Origin: Azolla caroliniana
Lineage: Eukaryota > Plantae > Polypodiophyta
Assembly (NCBI GenBank): GCA_043228905.1
Contig: JBHGNT010000009.1
Coordinates: 8,122,001 to 8,186,000, forward strand
Direction: 5' to 3'
DNA length: 64,000 bases
Part shown: positions 13,295-26,700 of the stretch, piece after piece
Layout: every line of letters starts with the position of its first letter
Numbering within the stretch: position 1 is the stretch's first letter
Notes under the pieces: model-generated
What the model saw: only the letters and a program-made list of their open reading frames with translations
The model's database searches: none
Told to the model about the DNA's origin: nothing
Program-made: the position numbers and the translations under genes

Positions 13295-13642
13295 ATATGT
13301 AAAGAGATGACATTATTCAATGAAGAATTTAATTACTTGTTCCCACTGTACTTATCTACTGTGTAATTTGAGGAATATGTTGCAGATTGTTGATTTCATG
13401 CTATTGATGACTATTTAGCTATTGACAGCTAATTAACTGCATTTGTACAGCTAATTAGCTACTGATGACTATTTCACTATAACTTATAACTTAAAACTTA
13501 ACAAAAAAGACATGATTTTATTGAGAAAGAAGCACAGAAAGCAGACTGTATACAAGAAATTGATTCTCAAACAAATTTATTTAACTGTTTTCGCGAAATA
13601 CATGTTTGTTTTACAAGAGAACATGGTAATTGCTACTTGTAG

Positions 13643-16600
13643 CTACAAATTCCATGGCATACTATTGTAAATACATTCATACACATTAGCACCAACAATG
13701 TATAAACCTGAGCAGCTATTGTATTCTGACATTGGGACGTTGATGCACCTGACCAAATGAGAGTACATGTACGCCGCTGGTTTGTCTTCTAACAGCCTAT
13801 ACACATATTCGTAGTCATCTAGTTTTGCATAAAAAATGCCTTCGATGTAGAATGTCCCAGCAGATACAAAATTTCCCCATGCATCTACAATATTTTGCCT
13901 TGCACATTGTTTACTAACCGTGCACTTCAATATATAGAAATCAACACCCTCTGAATTGCCTTCTTCAACATTTACAGCGAAGTTATCTTCAACGTTCAGG
14001 ACATCACTCAAAGTATCTCCAAGTCCCTCATATGTGAAGTCAGCATTTTGCCCTGTTTCTCCATCAACTACTTCCTTATCATTCAGAGTGTGATACTCCC
14101 AATTCTGAATGTATGCTTTGTTTAGACAATATCTCCAATTTCCTTGCACACAATGGAAGCAAAAACAAGTCAATTCTCTAACCGCAATACAATGACCATC
14201 CAACCTGGAATAACCGCGAACAGCATGCAGAGATCGCAATTCGGGAATTCCTTGGCACTCCCAGGTCTTCTCCCTATTTACTTCATCTATCTTCACTTCC
14301 CAAAATTCACGTTTGATATCTCGGACTTGCGAGGAATAAACACCTGTTGCACTTGTTGACATATTTGTTCTTAAAAATTCAACTACATGTGATGCACAAT
14401 TCATGTGCACACCATCTGTCTTTAGTTGTTCATGGGTAAGTGCCCGCTTTATAACACCCCCTGCACCATCATGTTCACCTTTACCATGGCCAGACCCAAA
14501 AAAACTCCATCTCATCTCCAAACCTGTTATAGCAGGATACCTCCCCACAAAATAAAATGGACGTCGAGCCTTGAATTGTGACGCAGCTCCGTCAGACCAG
14601 ACCCAATGTTGAGTAAGCTCCAAACGTTGAGCTAATAACCACTGCTAATGTAACTTAAAACAGTGTTGGACGAACAAGGTATCATGCTTCTTATCATCGG
14701 AAATAAAGAAATGAATTACTTTTTTAACATCACCTGAAACTCGAAAATATGTTATGTGCACAAAAATGGTTACCTGAACTGAACACCAATGCATAGATTG
14801 AATTTCATTCTGCTGCTTGAAAGTATAATTTTCTGCGAAATCTACTACTGAGACTACTACATCATTTGGGAAATCAGATATGCAAGTCTTAAACTGATGG
14901 GCCTACCATGAATAAATGAAGTTGTGTTTAATGAACTTTCCTAGAGATACTACAAACAGAGACACCAAATCCCTTGGTTTAAGCATCTTCCGAACTAGAT
15001 CCTTTCTTTTACACACCTTTCCTTTGAAATTGGTGTTCACTGACTCAAAGAACTTCACAGAGATCAATATTTCACTACTCAATTCATTTGGACACCACCT
15101 AAATCTAGTAGGGCCACAATCTTGACATAAACCCATGACACATTTATGAATATGGAAGATAGCGTCAGTTTCTCTCGGACACAATATTGAATCTAATAAA
15201 TAACTCATGGAAGAGATAACGTGCTCAAATGATTTACACTCCTCTTGCGGGCTTGATCGACAGATTGGGCACCCACATGTGCAAACTGTATTAGTTAGGG
15301 ATGCACTATGGTGACATAGTAGATTAACAAAGTCCTTCAGAAAATCCATCTGTACATGGTAAATGCAACAACATGTGTATCGATCCTTTAAGCGTCTCAC
15401 AAAGTGTGGCTTAAGAGACTTGAATGTTCGCAGTTGAACTTTGATAGTTGGATGCATTCGTTTGAACGTAATAAATAAATCGACCTGCGTAATAAAGGGG
15501 AATTAGTTATTCTCGTAACTAGCTAACTATCCTAGTAGCTAATTAGCTATTCTAGTAGCTAATTAGCTATTCTAGTAGCTAATTAGCTATTCTAGTAGCT
15601 TATTAGCTATTTTAGTAGCTTATTAGCTATTCTAGTAGCTAATTAGCTATCATGGTAGCTAATTAGCTGGTCTAGTAGCTAGCTAGCTTTCCTAGTAACT
15701 AATTAGCTATCATGGTAGCTAATTAGCTATCATGGTGGCTAATTAGTTGTCCTAGTAGCTAATTAGCTATCATGGTAGCTAATTAGCTTTCTTAGTAACT
15801 AATTCGCTAATTAGCTTTCCTAGTAGCTAATTAGCTATCATGGTAGCTAATTAGCTTTCCTAGTAACTAATTAGCTATCATGGTAGCTAATTAGCTGGTC
15901 TAGTAGCTAATTAGCTATCATGGTAGCTAATTAGCTTTCCTAGTAGCTAATTAGCTATCATGGTAGCTAATTAGCTTTCCTAGTAACTAATTAGCTATCA
16001 TGGTGGCTAATTAGTTGTCCTAGTTAGGTAATTAGCTATCATGGTAGCTAATTAGCTTTCCTAGTAACTAATTAGCTATCATGGTAACTAATTAGCTGGT
16101 CTAGTAGCTAATTAGCTATCATGGTAGCTAATTAGCTGTCCTAGTAAGGTAATTAGCTTTCCTACTAGCTAATTAGCTGGTAATAACGAAATAGCTAACT
16201 AGCTATCATGATAGCTAACTAGCTACCAGGACAACTAATTATCTGGTAGTACCTAAATTAGCTATTGAGAATAGGTAATTAGCTATCATGGTAGTAGCTA
16301 TTGAGAGTAACCAACTACCTATGTAGTAGCTATCCTAGTAACTAACTGAGGTAAATGTAACTGATAAGCTAATTAGCTTTTTTGCTAACTGAGCTAATTA
16401 ACTTTCCGTGTAGAGTCAAAACAAATGTTGAGATAAATGTAAATACCTAAGGTACATCAAGAAGATGAATGGGATGCTCCTCGTATTGATTTTTTCCAAC
16501 ACGTTTCCTGCATAAATCCTTTTTATTGGGTGAAACCCTACTCTCATTAGTCCAAAACATTGTGATTACATCCTTGATTTCAAATGTTATGGGTGTCATT

Positions 16601-17196
16601 GGCTTACATCTTGTAGTTAGCTTTAGTAGACTAGTTCCTTCACCCGAGGAAATTATACGGTTCATTGTATTGTACACTGTTTTTCTACTAACACCAATTA
16701 CTTTAGATAGCTCACTGATGTTTATATCGTCAACATCACTATTAAGTAACATCATTAGACTAGACCTTTTTAAGACAAGATCATCTTCTGACCTACTCAT
16801 GGATACAAAACTATTACGAAGATTATTTACTAAAATAGATGATATGTTTGCATTAAGACCATCACAATCAACTAAGTCCTTTATCGATGGATCATTACAT
16901 ATTCCATAAAGTACTACCTTCTTTTCTTCATTGCTGATGTGCTTGGTTTGAACATTGAAATCGTCTACAAACTTTCTCTCTATGATGGTAGTCGCATTAC
17001 TTACATTCTCAGCTAAACTATCCTTACCTTTACTGAGTGTGGCTTTCGTATCCTTCAACAATTGACAATGTTTCCTTTTTTTTTCTGCCCAATAGTTTCG
17101 TATGGCTTGTTGTGTCCTGATAGCATCATCCCTATCCTTATGATTATTGAGGGGTAATTCTAAACACCCTTCTTCCCCTTCCATTTGGCTGGACAT
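13643..17196 (-). pseudogene. Two-exon DDE transposase (exon 17196-16447, intron 16446-15485, exon 15484-13643)
   Basis: Motifs RYTCCCIYH, Cys clusters, VDFAENY, WSDGAASQFK and FFGSGHGKGEHDGAGGVIKR. The GT..AG intron joins in phase 0. Three TAG stops near 16447, 14903 and 14646. Confidence 0.85.
15515..16400. repeat. Palindromic minisatellite array 2 (about 20-bp units) filling the transposase intron
   Basis: Repeated tagtagctaattagctatc(a/t) and ggtagctaattagctttcc units. Confidence 0.96.
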
Positions 17197-17389
17197 ATTA
17201 AAACCCTAAATTTCCAGAAAAAAAAACAAGTATTTAAGATGGCTATGGGCAACACCAATACACAAAAATATTCCACAATACACAAGATTAGACACAACAA
17301 TACACAAGATAATCAATAGACAGAAAAGTTATTGCAATCCAAGACCAAACAGTAGAGGAGTTCACTCAGTTGGATCGAATAGTTGAGGA

Positions 17390-17852
17390 GGCGATCCAGG
17401 ACCGACCAATGGCGACAACTGAGTGTAGAATGTTGATGTTGGATGAGTGAACTCCGTCAAATCGAAATGTGGAAGCAATCCAGGACTGGACAATAGCGGC
17501 AACTGAGTGTAGAATGATGGCAATGGAGGAGAGAACCCCGTCAGATTGAACAGTTACCGATGATGCTTGGAACGCATAGTAGTGGCCCCTGAGTGTAGAG
17601 TGGCACAGAGAAGAGAACCCCGTCAGATTGAACAGCTCTTTGATGATGCTTGGAACACAAAGTAGCGGCCCCTGAGTGTAGAGTGGCAAAGAGAAGAGAA
17701 CCCCGTCAGATTGAACAGCTCTTTGATGATGCTTGGAACGCACATAACGACCCCTGAGTGTAGAGTGGCACAAAGAAGAGAACCCCGTCAGATTGAACAG
17801 CTCTTTGATGATGCTTGGAATGCACAGTAGCGGCCCCTGAGTATAGAGTGGC
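17390..17852. repeat. Tandem repeat of about 82 bp upstream of the transposase
   Basis: gaaccccgtcagattgaacag starts at 17533, 17615, 17698 and 17780, with two diverged units at about 17390-17520. Confidence 0.9.
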
Positions 17853-18218
17853 GACAGGTGGACTCGATAGGGTTTAGCAACAATGGTAGCAACTAACCCA
17901 CAATACTCAACTAGAGATGGCCTACGTGATGTGGCAAAGGATCATGCATAATGGACCTAGGAATTCGATATATAATTTATGGTACACAGTTATGGTGCAC
18001 ATATCAATTTATGTTGCACGTTTATGTTGCACATTTATGGAACTCATTTACATATGTAATTAAAACACTCTAGTATTTTCAATGGTAGTTTTTTGCATAG
18101 TTAATTTATGAATGATGGCTTTTTACTAAAATGACTATTTATCAATGGTAGCTTTTTGCATAGCTAATTAGCTATGTGAAGGACATAGCTAATTGTTTCC
18201 ACTCGCATGCTTTCACCC

Positions 18219-20762
18219 TGCTAACCCATTCGCCTGTGGATAATATGGCGTACTCTTTTTATGGACTACGACGTAATGATGTGTTAGTTCCCGAACCATC
18301 ATATTGAGAAAGTGACTCCCCTGGTCACTGATGAGCTCAATCCGACAGCTGAACCGGCACCAGATGTGCTCGTAAAGGAATCTGGCTGTGACGGCTTCCG
18401 TATTTTCACGTAGTGCCTTTGCTTCTACTCACTTGGTGCAATAATCCATAGCTACCAATATGTATTTATCGCCCGTACGGGCTGCCGCCGGTGTGAAGGG
18501 GCCCACAAAATCCAATCCCCACTTTTGGAAGGGGTCTAGCCGTAATACGGGCTAATGTGGCATCCTTGCGCCCTTCGCGGGTTGGCCCATCCGTTGACAC
18601 AAATCACACTTTCTACAATACTCGGATGCATCCTTTTGCGTTGTTGGCCACCATAAGCTCGCTTGCCATACTTTCCGGGCTGTAACATCGCCCGCGTAAT
18701 GGTCACCTGCCGTGCCGTAGTGCACCTCCCGTAAAACTGCTTCCTTCTCATCCTGACGTACCCCACGTCGCCAAATGCCGTCACTTTGTGATATAAAACT
18801 CCTTCTACAAGGCAGAAGTGACGGCTTCGGACGGCTAGTCGTTTCTTCTCGTCCGTGCGTAATTATCGTGGAGGTAGTCCCGTAGTAAAAAAGTACGTCA
18901 TTTCCATAAGCCATCGGTCCTGAAAGGTCAATTCCGTTCTTTCTGCTAGTGCTGCTACCCGCAGGATGTCGGCGTCCAGAAAACCGTCGTCATCTTTCTG
19001 TACTGTTTCTCCATTCTCGAGTTTGCTCAAAAAATCCGCCACTGCGTGTTGCGCCCTTGGCCGGTGTTGGATTACAAAATCGAATTCTTGGAGCAGCAGC
19101 ATCCATCGCGCCAATTTCCCCGTCAAGGCTTGTTTCTCCACCAAATACAGTAGCGCCGAATGATCCACGTGGAATGTGAATTTCTCCCTAGTAAATAATG
19201 CCGGAATTTATTGATGCTATAGATCATCCCTAGCGCCTCCCACTCCATTGTGGAATAGTTAGGCTCTACTGTTGATAATTTACAACTGGCGTAGTACATT
19301 GGCCGGTACCAGTTTGGTTCGGTGAGCTGCATTAGTGCACTTCCTATTGCTATGTCCGGGGTGTCGACGAACACGTGGAATGACTTCACCCAAACTGGGG
19401 CTTGTACGATGGGGGCCTATGTGAGCATTATCTTAAGTGCCTCATAGGCCCCATCCTCCGTTGCAGTCCATTGGAAAGGAGTCCGGTGTACGACAACATG
19501 TAACAGTGTGGCGAAGTCCGCCAAATATTGTATCATCTGACTGTGCCACCGTATTTGTCCTAAAAACCGGTTCAGCGATTTAGCGTTTGTCGGAGTTTTG
19601 GCTTGTGTAATTGCGGAGATCTTGTTTGGATTGACCGCTATTCCCTCCTTGCTGACTATATGGCCCAGGAGAGTCCCGCTGGTCACGCCGAAAGCACATT
19701 TCGCGGGATTCAGGCTTAAGCGTGCGGTGCGGCAACGTTCCAGGCACAGTTCTAAGTGCCTAAAATGGTCTATTGTTCTCCCATATACTGCAAAGTCGTC
19801 TAAAAAAACTTGCATGAATGCTGGAATGTATTCCCCAAAGATCTCCGTAATTGTCTGTTGAAATGTTGCCGGTGTCGTCTTTAGTCCGAACATCATGATG
19901 ACTGCCACATAGACTCCCCAGTCTGTGACAAATGCCGTCTTTTCTTGGTCTTTGGGATGCATGCATACCTGGTTATACCCACTGAAGCCATCTAAAAAAC
20001 TGTACATCTCATGTCCCGCGACGGCGTCTAGTACGCTATCGGTGAAGGGTAACGGAAATGCGTCCGTAATGGTTATGACGTTTAATTTTCGGTAATCTAC
20101 GCATACCCGTATTTTGCCGTTTTTCTTTGGAACGACCACTATCGGGCTTAACCATGTCGCTTATTTAACTGGCCGTATGAACCCCGCCTTCAGGAGCTTG
20201 TCAATTTCTTCTTTCATGCGGGTCGCGTAGTTCGAGTTCATGCGGTAGCAGCGCTGCTGGACGGGTTTTGCGTCTGTTGCTAAATTGATCTTATGTTGAT
20301 AGAACTTGGGATCTAACCTCCTTCATGTCCTCGTGATCCCAAGCGAACACATCTTTATATTTCGTGAGTAGTGCGATCATCGTGTTTCTCTGGTTCGGCC
20401 TTAATTCCTTTGCGATGGAGAGGAAACGGGGTTCCGACTCCGTACCCACATTTACTTTTTCCAGGGCGGAAGCGGTGACTCGTCGTGAAATCTCCATTTC
20501 CCTTTCGAATGCCGCCCGTGCTCTGTTGAGTTCCACTATGGACTCTAGGTTAGGTTCGTAAGCCTCGTCGTGGAGAATAGTGGCCATGGCATATCTTGCC
20601 GTGGTTGCGATGACATTGATTTTGAACAACGGAATGATCCGTGGGTGCTCATCTAGATATGCCTCTAATTCTGCATCCTCCACCCCAGCCAACATATTTA
20701 TATCTTCTGCGTATAATGGTGTTATACCCTTGGGTTGTGGTGTGCTTCCTTCCGTCGGTACG
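18219..20762 (-). pseudogene. F1 pol: RT, RNase H and integrase N-terminal half
   Basis: VVPKKNGKIRVCVDYRKLN, FLDGFSGYNQ, MMFGLK, VFLDDF, FHVFVD and NYST.E.EAL motifs, with frameshifts. Confidence 0.93.
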
Positions 20763-23700
20763 TGTTGTCAGTTTTAGGGTTAACATTTATGATGATTGGT
20801 GATAAGCATTGAGAGATTGATTATGACATTGATAGTGATGAAGATGGAAATGGTGATGGCGATAAGAATCATTGTGGGTGATAGCATGATGTGCATTGAG
20901 AAGCATTGTGGGGTGGGGGGTGGTGCCTAGAATGGCTCCAACCCCCCTCCCAAGGGGGTTCAACGTAAGGGGAGATAGAAGAGAGAGATGACAAGAGAGA
21001 GATTGAGAGAGAGAGAAATGGTTATTCATGTTTCATTCATTCCCCATAAGGGGTTAAATAGTACAAGATGGGGTAGATACATAGGGGTGTAAGCCCCCTC
21101 GAGCATTCATACTGGACACTCACTCACACCTCCTCATATCCATCCACATGCACACACGTGTGCATGTGTTCAGATATGTATAGACTCACAACTACATTCA
21201 TGCCCCCTACACATACACAACATCATGATAACATTCGACCCTCGCTCATCACACTTGACTCTCCAAACATCTCGTATGGGGTAACACAATATGGCATGCC
21301 CATGGGAAAGTGCCTTGCACGTCGATCCCACATGTCTTGATGATGATATTTCTTTGACTGGAACTTCCATCGGTCCTTTCAACGATCGACTCCCTCGATC
21401 GGAGTGCTTGACTCGAACATCTTTGGCGGTCAGCAAATCTTCCACGACACTAACATTCTCGTTCTGTCGGCTTACGAACTTCGTCATGGGTCCAAAATCA
21501 TGTCGTGTGTATGTATGTTCTTCCTTTGTTTTGAGTTGTGTGTGGTCGATCACATCCATTTCTTTAGGTGGATGAATTTTTGAAATTTCGTAGGTGCCCT
21601 TCAAATTTTTTTAAATAAACCTTGTACCCTTAGATTTGCTTGTTATGCCCTTATATTATTAAAATTTTGACAATGCCATCACATTTTTCGAGATTCTTCA
21701 GATGCCCTTATCTTCATTTTGCCCTCTTTTTTTTGTTTTCTGTCTGCTTTTCTTCTCTTTCTCTCCTGGTTCCGTTTCTTCTTATGCTTTCTCATTCTTG
21801 TCGTTCCTTCTTAGCTATTTGCCTCAGCTTTTTACTTCCTCTTCCTCCTCTTTCTGCTTCTTCTGTTCCATTTTCCTCATCTCAACTATTCCTTCACCTT
21901 CTCTATCACTCTGAGTCGGTTCTCTGTTCATCTACTTCTGCATATCTGTTTAGCCGTCGTCCATGCGGCCGCCATAATCAACGACCATGTCCGGATGGTG
22001 GTCGTTTTTCTCTTTCTCAATCGGAGGTTCTTTGTATGGTCGTTATCCAGCCTCTATTCAACCGTCTTTCTTTGCCCATTTTCATTTCTGTCTTTCTATG
22101 TCGGCCGTTGTTGTTCATTGCTCCTACCATTTGGCCATTTGTTCGGCCGGCCATTCGACTTTCCGGGCATCCATAGGTTGTCATCTTTGGTTGCCATCTC
22201 TAGCTCCGTCGGCGTCGTTCCATCGTCGGTCTTCTTGGTCGCTATCTGGCCATCAGTCTTCTTGACTGTTTCCCAGGCCTTGTCCGACCTTCCAGCCACT
22301 ATCTCGCTGCCATGACCACTCGGGCCAATGTCTGGGTATTCCAGCTGGTTTCCCGCCATTCCGGGACATTTCTGTTCGTCTGGTCGTCATTTATCCGATT
22401 GCTTCTGCTTGGCCGCCGCCACTCTGGTTGTTGTGAAGGCCATCTTAATCGTAGCCGTTGTTTGGCCGCCGATGTTCCCATCTCTGTGTCCGAGTATTCC
22501 GACCGTTCCTTTTTTGCGTCTGGCTGTCTCGGTCGCCGTCTCTGTGTGTTTTCATCTTCTTCTCTGTTGTTGTCTGTGTCCGGCACTGTCCAGTGCCTGT
22601 TCATCTGTCATGTGTATTTCCATGGCTATGGTCTGGTTCTCTCTTCGTTGCCCATTTCTCCATCTCTGTCTCCGGCTCCGATGCCATCCAGCCCATCGTT
22701 TCAGCAACTTTGGCTGTCTATTTAGGGTTTCTGGCCGCCACCGTTCCTTCCAGCCATCGGCTGTTGTCCGTTTGGCTCATCCAACCGCTTCTCTGGTTAC
22801 TCTTCCGCTGATGTCCGGTCGTCAGTCTGGCTATCTCCGTTGTCCGACACATTCGGCTGTCTTTGTCTGACCTGGCTGTTGCTGGTCCGCCACCACTTTA
22901 GTTGTTGGTATGTGGCCACCGCCGTTTGATCGTCGTCTTGGCTCCGTCACCGTTCCGATTGTTCGGCCCGTTTGGCCGGCTGTATGCCGGACGCCATGTC
23001 TGGTCGTCTCCGGTCGTTTCCTCTGTCGATATCGCATTTCTAGCCATCGAACCGTCTTATCTCGGCTCGTTCCTGTCCGTTTTCCAGCAGTCGGTTCTGG
23101 TGTGTCTTTTCGTTTGCTTTTGCAACCTTCCAAACACCGTTGCTATTCTGGCCGTCATCCATCGCCTTGTCTGGCATGTCTGTCCATTCTAGTTATTCTG
23201 ATTGCCTGTCCGGCAACATCTTTCCGGCATCTCCATCCTGTTGTCAATTGTTGTTGCCAATTAGGAACACGGTCCGCGGTCAGTCCTTCGACCTAGATCT
23301 CCAACGAATAGGCGTCTAAGTGTAATGCGTAGGGGAATGTTCCCTGTAACCTATCAGCATATAAGGGAGACAGCTACAAACGAATCCTTAGCAAAGGTTA
23401 CACTTACGTTCTTACACGCTTAGGTCTTCAAGACACACATAGTGGATTAGCTGTAGCTATACACAGAGAATCAGAGAAGATAGAATTCTATTATGAGACA
23501 TTTCTTACATTCCCAAAATTACACGCTCCCTCTATCAGAGGTTTTCTGCCCTTTATATACGCAGGGTCTATTTAGCCGTTCACGCTTCCTGTGTGAACCG
23601 TTACATGCGTTATGATCTTATATTATTTCTTATTCCTACGCTCTTGTCCGTCGGTTACTATGGCGGACAACACCTGGCACGCCTATGGGACAGTGCCCTG

Positions 23701-26700
23701 GCACGTCGGACCCATCCCGTTAATCCTCTTCTAAAATGGTCCGGATGTCTGGCTCTGCTGCGGTGTCCGCATCCGGAGGTGACGTAGGACCCATAGGTGC
23801 ATCGTGGTGTGGCTCCCCTGTTTGGTCGGGCTGGTTTCTCCCGGAGTCGCAGTCGTCGTGTGTGGGCGGTTCGGGTACGGTGGGCTCTTCTTGAGCTAGT
23901 GGGTTGGGCTCCGCCGTTGTCATGTTTGCAGTCGGCTGCGGCTCTTCCTCCATTGTTACGTCCTCCGTGGTGTCGGCCGTTTTTGTACATTCTGGGGAGT
24001 GGGGCGGAGATTCCGCCTGACCTGCACCGTTCTCCGTGTGGTCCGATGATAGCGTGGGCTCGTGTGGATGAACCTCCTCTTGGGCAGTCATTTCGCTATC
24101 TGGTACTATGGGGGACTCCGCTCGTCGGTCCGCGCTATTCTCCATCTTTGTCATTTCTGGTGATCGGGCCTGAGGTTCCTCTTCTTCGGCCGTGCCCGGA
24201 ATTGGCGTCGCGTTCGATTTCTCATTTGTGCGCGTGTTGCCGGCTTGTGTGTTCTGGTGAAATAGCTCCTCCTGGCTTTCACCAAAATCATCTAAGAGCT
24301 GCGCGAGTTCTTCAGAGTGTTTGTCCGCTAGTGCACGATAGTCTTGCACTAGGTTCTCTCGTACGGCCGCAATGCTCTCTTCATTTAGTTTATAGAAACC
24401 TCGGCCGTCTTTTCGCCGGTTCTCCCAGTCCGCACGATACACGTGCAATTCCGTTGCTTGGGTTGCCCACGCCAGCCATCCTTTGTCTAGCGCCGTTTTC
24501 AATTGCGCTGTGAACCTCTCCCGATTTGTTTGGAGAAGGATACGCACGTTATCTGTGATGGCCTGGCAACGGTTGCGTGCGTCCTCCATCGACTTCTAGA
24601 GGTTTACGATTTCTTTTTGTTTAACCGCCGCCGCTTCTTCGTACGTGGCCTTCAGGCCCGCCCACAACTGGGATTCCTTTGCATGCTGCTCTTTTAATTT
24701 CCCCATTTCATTATTTAGGCAGATTTCGAGCTGATGCCTTTTGTCTTGTTCGACCACCAACTGCTCATCGAACCATACCTTCTTTTTTTCTAATAAGGCC
24801 CGGAGTCCTGCGATTGCCGCCTCCGATTTCTTCGCTTCATCCTGTAATTGGTCGTTTTCGTCTTTTGTCTGGATGTGCTGAGCCACCTCTGTAGCGAGTT
24901 TCTCTTCAAGGGTTTTTACTGCCTTCCGGCCGTTAGCCCGTATCTCCTTTTCTCTATTTGACGATTGGCATAGTTCCGCTCGAAGACGGTCAATTTCTGA
25001 TTCTGCTAATTGCACAACCCTTTTCGCTTTTGAGGCGATGGCAGTCTGAGCCTCAATTTCTTCCTTTAAAGCGTCGATAGCATGGTTTGGTGGCGGAGTT
25101 GCGTGTTGCGCCGTAGCCGCGTGAGCTTCCAACTCCGCGATGCGTTCGTTGGCTTTTTGTAGTTCGACTTGGGTCAGTGTCACCTTCTTCCAGACATTCT
25201 TATTTTTTATGGCCATCTCCGTGGCGCCCGCGCGGACCTTTTCCAGTTCCCGATGGACTTCGACTAGGGCTGTGTTTAATGGGGGTATCTCCATCCCCAC
25301 TCGGCGTGCCCCGACGTTCCTCTGTCTGCCGACCTTGGCTAACTGGTCCTCATCGTCGCTCTGCGTCGTTTGTGTTAGGGCGCGCTAAATCATCTGGCGT
25401 TCTGCATGCTCTTCGGCCATTCGTTGGGCGGCTTTTACCTGTTGTGTTGCCAGGAACTCCATGAGGTCAAAAGAAGTGCCGAACTGTAAGAGGGCACTAA
25501 ACTCATGGGCCGTATCCGGGATATCCGGATATGCCAAAACCTCGCTTTCGGCCGTCAATACGATGGAAGCGCTGATAGCCAGAAGATGAGTTTCTGTTTT
25601 GTGCAGAAAATCTTCTGTTTCCTTCTTTTTGTGGCTTAGGGTTCATTGGGCAATGAGCCATCGTGGTGCCGCGTGTTCTTGAACTAGGAGTTTGTGCATG
25701 TCTTTAGTCGTTTTAATAGTCGCTATCTTCTCCCTTTTCATTTTTTTTCGTAACGGTTATCTACAACCTATTTTTACATTATGGTACAAGTGGGGCCGCT
25801 CATTTACGGTGCGGGTTCTTCGGCTCTGTCCTGTTCGGCGGTGAATGGGTTAGGTGGCGTAGGGCCCAGGTAAGGTTTGAGTCGAAACCCATTCACCTTT
25901 TGCCGGACTACTTCCCCAGCCAGCGTACCTAGTTGGAACGTGCCTTGTTCCGCTCCAATTATCCAGTATGGGCCGGTCCAGCGGAATCGTAACTTCCCCG
26001 GCATATGGCCCATGCGAGTTTGGAAAACCAGCACTGCTCGACCCACGGCGAACTCCTTTTCCCTTGCGTTCTGATGTCGATCCACAAACGCTTTACGCCG
26101 TCGCTGTTCGTGTTCCAACACCGCCATGTTGTGGACATGTTTTTCCCCTTGTTTGAGGAGTTGGTGGAGTCGTACCTCCTCCGACTTGGCTTCTGATAGT
26201 CGGTTCCGTACCTGAATTCGCAAACTAGCTACCTGAAATTCGACCGGCATCACAGCCTCCAACCCAAACATTAGTCAAAACGGTGTTGATTGTATGCTTG
26301 TTTTGTAGCTGGTTCTGTACGCCCATAATGCACTTTGTAGTTTGGTATCCCAATCCGTTCTATTTTCATTGACGATTTTCTTCAAAATGGTCTGCAACGT
26401 CTTGTTGGTGGATTCTACTAATACATTCGCCTACGGATAATATGGCGTACTCTTCTTATGGACTACGACATAGTGATGTGTTAATTCTCGAACAACCGTA
26501 TTGGGAAAGTGGCTCCCCTGGTCACTGATAAGCTCAATCGGACAACCGAACCGGCACCAAATGTGCTCGTAAAGGAATCTGGCTGTGACGACCGCCGTAT
26601 TTTCACGTAGTGCCTTTGCTTCTACCCATTTTGTGCAATAATCTATGGCTACCAATATGTATTTATTGCCCGTACGGGCTGCCGCTGGTGTGGAGGGCCC

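Larger units (their letters stand above)
7565..18218 (-). mobile_element. DDE DNA transposon (Sola2-like), 10.65 kb, inserted in the F1 integrase
   Basis: 25-bp TIR GGGT(A/G)AAAGCATGCGAGTGGAAACA at both ends, and the element encodes a transposase. The flanks rejoin to the integrase motif YYPQANGLA(ES)TNKTL. Confidence 0.88.

Noticed and set aside
17520-17852. CRISPR-like periodic repeats
   Set aside because: The whole unit repeats with no unique spacers, there are no cas genes, and the context is a eukaryotic TE.
21640-23296. Many overlapping ORFs as host genes
   Set aside because: Low-complexity, stop-poor repeat sequence with no recognisable domains.
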